A stretch of DNA of 64,000 nt from Antedon mediterranea. Its lineage: Eukaryota; Animalia; Echinodermata. A model generated the notes under the pieces. That model ran no database searches and was not told where the DNA came from. It saw nothing but the letters and a program-made list of their open reading frames with translations. Location: NCBI RefSeq assembly GCF_964355755.1, contig NC_092676.1, positions 20,788,871 to 20,852,870 of the forward strand, written 5' to 3'. Below are positions 53,560 through 64,000 of this stretch, in pieces; position 1 is the first letter of the stretch; every line of letters starts with the position of its first letter. A program made the translations under genes and the position numbers.

Positions 53560-54583
53560 AGTTTGATCAATGAGCTTATTAGACGCGCATCTAGATGATT
53601 GTCAAATAGGCTGTTAAAAGCGGCATAGAATTGGTATTATTGTGTTCAATAAATTATTATTTTGACACCATTGACTACAGTACAAAAGAAAATCAATTAA
53701 ATCGTTACGTTATTGTATTTATTTTTTAAATGTAAACCAAAATTCCTTATATATGTATACCATTGAATCACGTTTCCGTTAGGTGAACTAAAACCGGATG
53801 GCATGTGATGCAAACTTAACCAATCAAAAGGAAAGGATACACGCAGGTGTGTTATAAAACTTAATGGTTATTAGCAAGAAACATAACAGGGACAATATAA
53901 CAGAAAACACAGATCTTGAAATAACTATATAATATATAATAATAAAATAAAATAAAAACGTATGTAATACCGGTACACCACGTATATTAGTTCTGGAAAG
54001 AACTGTTGAGTTTCTCGATGTTTCGATCAATATCAATTGAAACGACGAGAAACTTAACAGTTCTTTTCAGAACTAATATACGTGGTGTACCGCAAGCTTT
54101 ATATCAACATTTGATTTCGCCTTGCAAACCTTCAAACAATATATTAATAATATAAAGTAACGAAAGTCTATATTAAATAAATAACCATGACATTCCAAAA
54201 CAATTCCACGGAGTATAACGTATGTACTTAAAGCATTGTTGACTTCCTTATCCAATTCAATTTTGGAGAAAATTCCTGAAATACTATATTCCTTATAGAA
54301 ATATGATTGTATAGTCGACATCGACCAATGTGTGTGACGAAAATGTAAAGAGATCCTTATCGGAAAGTTTAATGGTTTTAACAGCTAAGGTTGAACATTG
54401 AAAAACATATGTTATATTATTGCAAATAAAAATGTGTGTGAGGAAAAATAAAAGACACCCTTCGCGGAAAAAACATATATAGATAGATTTTATTTTATAT
54501 AATATATGTTGTTGTTATTTTTTGTTTTACACACCAAGGGTAGCCCACTTATAATTTTCTTTTAATTTTTACACCCCACCCAT

Positions 54584-57500
54584 TCAAGCAGTTCTACATC
54601 TATCTGAAACTAAACGAATGGTTCTACTTTTATTCAATGATGTTAAAAGTTTGTATTCGTCTGGCATGTGGTGATTTGTGGTATAATTCAGTGTCCTGTT
54701 GTCGTAGTAATGATGTTTTAACGGTTGGCCACTCGGTGATTTATAAAATGGATAAAAACCATATAACGAAACATATCGACACATTGACCCAGCTGCTGTA
54801 TACATGATTAACCCCAGAGATGGGTTTCTTATTTTCCAAAATCTGAAATAAAAATTACTCATTTGTTGTAGGCTATGAAGAAAATTATATTTATTCATGC
54901 ATAATTTAATGTGCTGTGCAATTTATTTCTGTTGTCTTTAATTATGTTCATTTTCAGTATGCATTATCATTATTTGACTGGTTGAACATTCTTGTAAGAA
55001 ACGTTAAATCCCAGCTCAAATCCACTGTCTTACAAAAACGGAAGTTAATGAAAGAATAATAAGATTAAGATGATACTTACTTTGTAACTAGTGGTAGCAT
55101 ACCTCGGTACGAATATACAATTCTAACTGTTAAATTATTCTGTTTGATACCTGCTACAAGATTATGTGCGTAGCTTATATCCTTTTCTGCGTTCAATTTA
55201 GAAATCCATATATATGTGTCATTTAGCTTTTTAAACGTCTCGTATGAAGTTTTGTAGCATCTATTTGAAGTGTTTGTTAGACATATACTGCTTTCGATAC
55301 TGGCGGCCCCATTCAGCACCATCATATCTATTTTACCACCAACGTCTTGTTCAAAACCAATAGTTTGTGCAAGATTTCCTCTAAAAACAAAGTCGTGTGC
55401 ATCTATTTCACGTCCACAATTGCTGTTTAGTAGATTACCAGCACTGCCTACAACTGCACAGGATCCTTGCAGAGGAATACTGTCGATACCATCTGGTAAT
55501 TTTGTCATTCGTTTTTTTTGTTTGAAGCCATCTTTGTAAATTAGTGTTAATAGAGACGGTTTGAATCCAGCCTTCTGAAGTCGTTTTCTTCAATAGAATA
55601 AAAACTTATAAATTCTGGGCTTATAATTGATTAAAAGAAACTCTAGACAGGCATGTTATGAGGCATATGCATACTTTTTGTTCTATTTCGTGAGAACAAA
55701 CCACTTTTATTTCATTCGAACCGTCAATTTTACATGTAAAATCAGTATTCAAAAAAGTAATATAGCATATGTATTATTAGTATGAAAAACAATTTAGGAA
55801 GAATTTTAGCATTTGCTCTTTTTATTTTTCAAATCCCCCTAAATTTAGACTTTGAATATGCCATTTTACAGTTTAATAAAGTCATTCACTTTCATAGAAA
55901 AAACGACCAAAATAATACCCACTTATAAAAAGATGAAATAAACGGTTAAGTTTAACCAAAGCCATGGTCTGACAGACAATTTGAATATTATTCGTTTAAT
56001 AATCATAATAATTAATATTCTCTCTGGGCCAATATTTTTTCTTTCATTGTATTAATTTATTATTAATGAATCCGTATCTTGTAAAAATGATGTATTATAT
56101 TATACAACTTATGTAGAAATTCAACAGTTTGTATTATATACAATAAATGTTTCGTCACCAAATCTGATTTTAATTGGTGTAGAATTGTTTCAAGTCTATC
56201 TGTTTCTTGTATAGCTTACAATGAAATAATAAAGTTCTGTTTGGTACTTGCTATCTAAGCAGACCATGCATACATGTGAATTTGTGATGGCAGACATTAT
56301 ATTATCAAAAGAAGGCTGCAATAAGCAGGGTAAAAAAAACAGAAATAGTCATATACAGTAAGTTCTATTTGATAGGATAACTAGGAAGGTATAATGCCAC
56401 TATGTGTATTATGAACAGTGATATGATTACCGTATCCAGCAAAAACGAAAGCAGGGAACTTACCTCATATCTAGTGTTTTGCTTTCTTTAATGTGATTAG
56501 TCAATACTTTCCTACAAAAAAATCAAATGATAAAATTATAATGAATAAACGTAAACAAAATACTCCTTTTGATAGGAAATAATAGCTAACATTACTTATC
56601 GGAGAGTTTTCGTTTTGGCAGCTCCCTACCAATTTCATCCGGCAGTGTGCTAATTTTAAATATTTTAAAACCCCGCTGAAGACTTCTTTTTACTTTACGG
56701 TTATTATACAACATTAAACACCTTAATGTTGACTTCCTGTTTTACTGTACAACGCATTTAGCTTGCTTTGTTCGTTCATATAAACTTAACTTAGTGTTAT
56801 TATTTTAACTACAGTTTACATTATACAATATACCTTATGTTGATATTTCCTGTTTTAAAGTACAACGCATTTGGAGCTTTCTTTGGTCGCTCATATAACT
56901 ATAACTACAGTTTACATTATACAATATACCTTAATGTTGATACTTCCAGATTCACGCTGGTGTTTAACCAACCCCTGAAGGTGCCATATTGCTTCCTAAA
57001 AGTTTAAAATACAAATGATATCGTATATAAAATAAAAACAAAAATTAAAAAACTGAAATTGAAAGAAAAAATATTCAAAATGTAGGTCAGACAATGGATT
57101 TTTTTGTTAAATTTAATAGTTTATTTTGTCTTGTTTTAAAAAAGGAAATCATGATATTATTGGGGTTCTTAACGAAAAGTGAATAGTAACAGCATAATTA
57201 TTATTAAGTCCGTGTTGAACAACCGTGTTATTTGAATTACGCATATTTTGTTTCGGATTTCTTTATGATGTTTGAAATGATAGGGTATTAAAAGATAAAA
57301 TTAGATTATCATTGTTAATGTTATCATAAATATTGTTACCATGTCAAAATAAAATTTTGCCAAGTAATAGTACTTGTTACTTGGCAAAATAAAATGTTTC
57401 CAAGTAGCAGCATTACTCAAAAAGTTATTGCAATATCTTTACCAAAATGAAAATACAGATAGATATGTGGTCAATGACCACTCCATTACATTTTGGAGGC

Positions 57501-58376
57501 AATCCGGACCAGGGTCCCAATTCTGGACCACTTTTTAGTATTATTTCCATACCTAATAGTGTTAAAAGATAGTAAACTGAAATTGCATTGCTACCAAAAA
57601 AACATTGAAGCAAGAGTTATAATTTGTGATTTGTAATTATAAAAAATAATTTGATTTGATTTTGATACGTGAAGTTTTAAAAAACAAATTCTTCTCAAGT
57701 TCACCCGTTTGTTTTTGGCGTCAAAGGCTTTTTACCAAAATCGCACACACATGTTTGTAGTGAAATTAGCCTAATCACACACAGCATTAAAACACAAAAA
57801 TATAAAAAAATATATATATATTTCTTTCCCGGTGAAATCTTATGTTGGAGAATTTTACAGTAGGCACAGGTATGTACTCTCGGAGTGCAGTTCTAGTTAT
57901 AAATTAAATCAAATTGATACATGGGGTTGCATATATTTACAAATAATTATAACACTATTTTGAAATACAATATGTTAAACAATACAAGTTGAGCTTTAAA
58001 TATATACATAAGAGATGCTTTTGATATAAGATAATGATTGGTCAGATGTTTTGCCCTACTCTAACGTAATTTGTACGTTATACTAAGTACATTTGAGTAT
58101 CAATTACGTCAGAGTAGGGCAAAACATCTGACCAATAATCATTATCTTAGATCAATGGCTACTCCACAGCAGTTACATAAAAATTATTATTATAATACTA
58201 AACACAAATATTGAATGACCAATCAATTTCAGTATAATATAATTTACAACTTACGGACTATTATCCCTTGAAATGACTGTCCGATTCTTTGCTATGATTT
58301 GAAAAATCTGGACGGTAACCGCTCCCAGTAAAAACCAAGTAAATCTTCGCGCTAATATTGACTGAGAACTTGCCAT
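54584..58376 (-). CDS. ST8SIA: ST8Sia-like alpha-2,8-sialyltransferase, copy D (B-like), 333 aa
   Basis: Exons 58376-58255, 56995-56930, 56511-56464, 55587-55081 and 54842-54584. The sialylmotifs are intact. Confidence 0.9.
58021..58155. repeat. Long palindrome (MITE-like) in intron 1 of ST8 copy D
   Basis: ttgatataagataatgattggtcagatgttttgccctactct.acgtaatt pairs with its reverse complement. A degenerate homolog lies at about 31127-31230. Confidence 0.8.
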
Positions 58377-58602
58377 TGGAAACTTGCTGAAAGGCGAAAC
58401 ACAAATAATCCTCTAAAAGTGATGAGAAATATTAGTAAAATATTTTATAAAAATAATTTAGGCTACTGCAGTGCAAAAGTAAACGAAATCGCGGAAGAAA
58501 TAAATCATTAATGTGCATAGACGACCAAACTGCGACAGTCACTGTCCTGTTGGTGTGCACTGAACCGTGAACATGTATTGCCTACATTACCAATTGCATT
58601 AT

Positions 58603-59561
58603 TAGTCCAGATCCCTATGTATTTTCGTGTGCAGATCATGGGGAAAGTGTAAACATTGTGTTTTATGAATATTTGAATCATGCTGGTTATAAAAACCCAT
58701 GTTGTCAAATTTCTAAAATTCATCTTTGACCTCTGACCTCAATTTGAATGTTTTGACTCATTGAAAACAAAATAGTCCTATCTTTCAACGCTTAGATTAA
58801 ATGAAATAATTTTAGTGTCAAATTATTTGGTAGATGCACATTAATATTCGTTCTAATGGAAAAGTTTGTCCAAAAATGGCTGGAAGTATGATTTTTAGCA
58901 TATTTGACATTTTACCTACATATCATACAACTCCGTAACTAATAGTTGGACAAACTTTAAATAGGGCTCAAATTAATCTGAACGTATATGTTTCTATTCA
59001 GTCTAATAAAAACTTTTTCAAGAAAATGACCCGAAATATTTTATTGACCTTTGACCTGTACTGGTAGTACACATTTCTATAATCTTTAAAACTATTGGCC
59101 GTAAAATGGTTGTTTTTGTGAAATGGTTCGAAAAATGTACATTTATATGTTGTATAATAACAACATTTTATAGAAATGTAAAAGAATTCTATTTATAATC
59201 ACTAACTTTGTAATTTATTAACATCACTAGCATTTGTTATAATATTAAAATGTGTTATATTTGCTGATTTTAAGCACTTCACATTAATTTATCAGAATTA
59301 TGTGTATTTAATATAAAGTTTATTTTTTTTATATAAAGAAAATTTAATTATCTATAAAATAAGACTATTTTCAAATTATTATGGCTAAAACTTAATTAGA
59401 TACAGGCAAAAAAGTGTATTTTTACTTGAGTGAACAGCGCCCTCAATCTTCATTTTTTCCCCAAAAATACCACATTTTTATGTGGTTTCCTAAACTTAAC
59501 AGGTTATTACTTTGTTTTAAAGACTTTTTTACAGTAACCTGTAATTTACATACCACTTATA
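58603..59561. mobile_element. Non-coding Academ-like insertion upstream of ST8 copy D
   Basis: It interrupts gcattatggaac (intact in A, B and C), begins TAGTCC, is flanked by TAT on both sides, and contains gacctttgacct motifs like the TIRs at 1375. No matching right TIR was seen. Confidence 0.55.
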
Positions 59562-60605
59562 TATGGAACAATACCGCATACTGTATGTTATGTATGTCCA
59601 TGTAAATGATAACATTTTATTTGTTCAAACTACATAGTAAAATACAGTTAGAAACAGGAAACAACATAGACTAATTTGAACGTATAGGCCTACAGAGGAG
59701 AAACAAAATAATGTTCAAAACAACAGTGGTTTCTTAATGTTTCTGGTTACTATGACTACGAGCTGCTGCAGATTCAATCTACTGTATTTCCTTTTTTTTT
59801 ATTTATTTAGTCATGTAATTTATGTTATGTTTATTTTACCCGAGTGAACTTAAGGACCCATATCTCATAACTGTATAGTTTAGCCGTTGTGACAATAAAG
59901 TTTCATCGGATCAGCTCAAAGTTTCACAAATGTGTGACGTTTTCGTATCTATATATATAATCTATATAAAATCATAAAATTGCTTGAGCTTGTAAAGTCA
60001 GGATAACTGACATTGGATTACAAAAAGCCCCACATTCATCCAAATTAAACAAAAGAAAAAGCGGAGCAAGGGGTGTGAAGGCGGGAATTTCTTACAGTGG
60101 TAGTTAATTGGTTCTGCTCTTTAATGCGATTAACATAGACCTGACTGAAATCACCGCCAAGTACTTTAACCCCAAAGTACACCATTAGATCACTTTTCCG
60201 TTAGGTGGACTAAAACCAGGCGGCATGTGATGCGTAAGTAATTAAAAAACATATTCAATGGTTATTGGCAAGACACAACATAAGCAACAAACAGAACAAC
60301 CGGATCTTAGAACAACTTCAAGTTCAAGTGTCAATGTTCAAGTTTCAAATTACAAAACAATTCCACGGAGCATACAGGTAAAGAATTGTTGACTTTTTAA
60401 AGAATAGAATTGGATTCTATTGTCGACATCGGCAGATGTGTGTGAAGAACATTGAAAGAGATTCTTATCGGAAAGTGTAATGGTTTTAACGTCTAAGGTT
60501 GAACATTTAAAAACACATGTGATATTATTGCATATCATATATGTTGTTATTTTTTGTTTTACACACCAAGGATAGTCCACTTATAATTAATAAGAGTTCA
60601 CCCAC

Positions 60606-61206
60606 TCAAGCAGTTCTACATCTATCTGAGACTAAACGAATGGTTCGACTTTTATTCAATGATGTTAAAAGTTTGTATTCGGCTGGCATGTGGTGATTAG
60701 TGGCATAATTCAGTGTCCTGTAATTGTCGTAGTAATGATGTTTTAACGGTTGGCCACTCGGTGATTTATAAAATGGATAAAAACAATAACGAAACATATC
60801 GACACATTGACCCAGCTGCTGTATACATGATTAACCACAGAGATGGGTTTCTTATTTTCCAAAATCTGAAAGAAAATTAACCGATTTGTTGTAGGCTATG
60901 AAGAAAATTATATTTATTCATGCATAATTTAATGTGCTGATGTCAATTTATTTCTGTTGTCTTTAATTATGTTCATTTTCAGTATGCATTATCAATATTT
61001 TACTGGTTGAACATTCTTGTAAGAAACGTTAAATCCCCAGCTCAAATCCACTGTCTTACAAAACGGAAGTTAATGAAAGAATAATACGATTAAGATGATA
61101 CTTACTTTGTAACTAGTGGTAGCATACCTCGGTACGAATATACAATTCTAACTGTTAAATTATTCTGTTTGATACCTGCTACAAGATTATATGCGTAGCT
61201 TATATT
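60606..61206 (-). pseudogene. ST8Sia-like pseudogene, copy E
   Basis: The last exon (60865-60606) has a 2-nt deletion at the end of sialylmotif S and a 3-nt insertion. Exon 4 is reduced to 61106-61206, with sialylmotif L deleted. Confidence 0.88.
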
Positions 61207-61338
61207 TTATTAATTATGCCTTCTTGTTCTGTGTCAAAGTATCATAATCTAGTTTGTGTAATTATTATTCAAATACATTTATCAAATGAATCTGTATATT
61301 GTATAAAGAATACAAAGAGCATTGTATTATAGTATACA

Positions 61339-61598
61339 AAACAAGGCCAACAGCCATAAGTCGCGTGCTCTCAGAAAAAAAATGAACTTTCGAAAAGTAA
61401 TGTACTTTAAAACTTTTCTGTACATCAAAACAGGTCAAAAAGTACAGAAAAACGCAAAGTGATACCCGACAGACCGACCGACCAACATACCGACCGACAT
61501 AGTTCAAACTTGTCTGTACATCAAAACAGTTCAAAAAGTACAGAAAAGCGATAAAACGCATAGTGATACCGGACCGACAGACAGACAGACAGACCGAC
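61339..61598 (-). mobile_element. Partial HINE-like element
   Basis: acaaggccaacagccataagtcgcgtgct end and GACA repeats as at 41716. Confidence 0.7.
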
Positions 61599-61599
61599 A

Positions 61600-63920
61600 A
61601 ATGTGTCTTTGTCGAAGTCTACACATCCACCAAGCCCATTATATGTGAGGTCATTTATAGATCAAACAATGTAGAAACTACCGTACAACACAACTATGTA
61701 ACACACAAATTGATAAAATCTCACATAAACTTACAAATGAAGGGAAAGAAACTTACCTAATGGGGACCTAAACTTTGATCTAAACTCATATGAAATAAAC
61801 ATCAATGTCAGAATACATGTTGACAGCCTACTATCCAACTCATTCATTCCGCTCATAAACAAACCAACACGTATCACTAACCAATCAGCTACAATACTAG
61901 ACAACATATTTACGAACTTTATATCCACCCAATCAATAAAATCCAGCATTTTAATATCAGACTTATCAGATCACTTTCCAGTATTTTGTATAAACAAGAC
62001 AGAAATATTTAAAAAAAACAGAAAAACAAAAATATATTTTTAAACGACAAAACACAATACAGTGTTCACAAACTTTTAGAACAGAACTCCTGAATGAGCA
62101 ATGGGAAGATACCCTAACGTATTCAAATCCTCATCATTTGCAAATAAATTAACTGCTAAAATAGACAGGTGTTTCCCACTTAAACAAGTTAGAATAAAAA
62201 CAGAAAAGTTAAGATCATCGTGGATGACTAGTGGTATACAAGAAATATTGGAAGTAGTCAGAACAGCCACAAAATGTACATGAGAACAAATATGTTAAGC
62301 TCGATATTCTTCACGGCTGTCACTGAACACGATATTATGAAATATATAAGTAAATTAGATAAGAATAAGTCATGTGGTCATGATGATATAATGATAAAAT
62401 ATATTGTAAGTAATTATGACCTACTTTCAAAACCAATTGGAGAGTGGTATAGTTCCAGATCAATTAAAAATAGCAAAAACTGTGCCTCTGTATAACAAGG
62501 CCATATAGATGGCTGCAGTCGCGTGCTCATTAGTGTTTACCGACCGACCGACCAACCTACCAACTGACCGATATTACTGAACATGTTTAAAAATGTTGAA
62601 ATGTTTAAAAACATTCATATTTTTTTAATTTACACGTGCGTATCCTGTCACTTTTGAAGTGCTCGTATAACGTAATTTTGAGTTGAAAAGTAAGTCAAGA
62701 AAACAGAAATTGGGCAAAAAGAGTGCGCAATAACATTTAACGCGGTCATCGAAAATAAATTTTGAAAATTTTAAGCGCGCGTACGCATGCGTTACATGCG
62801 ATACGCACGTAATTGTATTGCCATGTGATGATTTATGCCCTGAAATTTATGAGAACCAAATTTTATTTAATTGTGATTCATGGTTGTGAAGATATGATTA
62901 CAAACGTGATTTCGTTAAATCGTGCGTAGACCGCGTAATTTTTTATTGCGTACCGTGAAAACATAACCACACCGATTCCTGGCCATAAGGAATATACTGT
63001 GAAAAATTGACTTAGCTAGATTAAACTGATATCAAGATAAGGTCAGAAAGCGATAAAACGCATAGTGATACCGGACCGACAGACAGACAGACCGACAGAC
63101 CGACCGACCGACATAGTGAACTATAGAGTCGCGTCCACGCGACTAAAAAGGGTAATAAAGATGAGATTAGCAATTACAGACCGATATCTATCTTACCAGA
63201 ACAATTTCTATTATGATTGGTTCCCTAAATAAACTTAACAAAATCCTTCCTTATAAAGTCTTATTAACTATGTACAACTCACTGATCTTACCAAATATAT
63301 CATTTTGTATACCAGTCTGGGGCACTACTGATGCCAAAAACATGAAACGTATCCATGTACTTAAAAAAAAAGGCTTTAAGAATGATATGTAAAACAAACT
63401 ACTACCATCCATCTTTACCACTATTTATTAAAACTAATTCCCTTACCGTTTATGACCTATATACAAATTGTGTTTCACTTTTTATGTTTAAATACAATAA
63501 AAATCAACTGCCATCAAATTTTCATTATTTTTTTCAAACATATGACTCTATTCATCATGTACATGATACGAGAGACAAAAATAATTTGTATATCATCAAA
63601 AAGAACACAACGATGGGACAAAGGGGAATATCTTATGAAGGGCCAAGAATATGGAACAATATTAGTAACGAAATTAGAATGAGTAATAATTTGTATAATT
63701 TCAAAAGGAAAATTAAAAGTTTACAGGAACAATGTAAATAGGTGTTTATGTTATGAAAATTGTTTAATTTGTAATCGCATATAACTGAATTATCAATTGT
63801 TGTTTTTATATTAATTAATATCAATATTTTAAAATGTTAAAGTTTAAGTTGTTTCACTATCGAGAGGGGCGCCCAAATTAAAGCTTGCTTGCTGTGGCGT
63901 CCCTTTTCCACATTTTATAT
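61600..63920 (+). mobile_element. Decayed CR1/L2-clade LINE (endonuclease, RT start and C-terminus)
   Basis: Peptides GDLNFDL, PTRIT..SATILDNIFTN, DLSDHFPVF, KSCGHDDI, VPLY|KKGNKDEISNYRPISILP and KKALRMI...GPRIWN. The RT core is deleted and there are many frameshifts. Confidence 0.85.
62495..63146 (-). mobile_element. HINE-like element nested in the LINE
   Basis: Same family as 41716. It has the terminal hairpin GCCAT-ATAG-ATGGC and splits the codons TAT|AAA AAG GGT. Confidence 0.8.
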
Positions 63921-64000
63921 AAAATTGGTTGCCATTTTGAAAAATTGCCGCCATTTCAATATAAAGAAAAAACTAAAGTGTCAACCTAATGGATTCCTTG

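Larger units (their letters stand above)
36032..59720 (+). repeat. Second copy of the segmental duplication of about 1-31860
   Basis: Colinear ST8-satellite-AcademX-OSTalpha-ST8 order. It is nearly identical up to about 51.4 kb and visibly more diverged after that. Confidence 0.93.

Overview
This is AT-rich, intron-containing animal genomic DNA, probably a marine invertebrate deuterostome (inference only). The window is a tandem array of GT29 alpha-2,8-sialyltransferase (ST8Sia-like) genes on the minus strand: A (running off the left edge), intact B, C and D, and pseudogene E. Each intact gene has five coding exons (122/66/48/507/259 nt, 333 aa). The array is interleaved with organic solute transporter alpha (SLC51A-like) genes on the plus strand, one apparently intact and one deleted. 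The block ST8(alpha)-satellite-AcademX-OSTalpha-ST8(beta) occurs twice (about 1-31.9 kb and 36.0-59.7 kb), so the paralogous empty sites define insertion boundaries exactly. Mobile DNA includes Academ-superfamily DNA transposons, Helentron/HINE-like elements, a tRNA-derived SINE, MITEs, CR1/L2-type LINE relics and Penelope-like fragments. A 40-bp satellite produces the spurious 800-aa ORFs. The most notable observation is a pair of hammerhead ribozyme motifs, one with a perfect catalytic core, lying in the sense orientation 185 nt apart inside intron 2 of ST8Sia gene B and absent from its paralogs. All calls are by eye; no searches were run.
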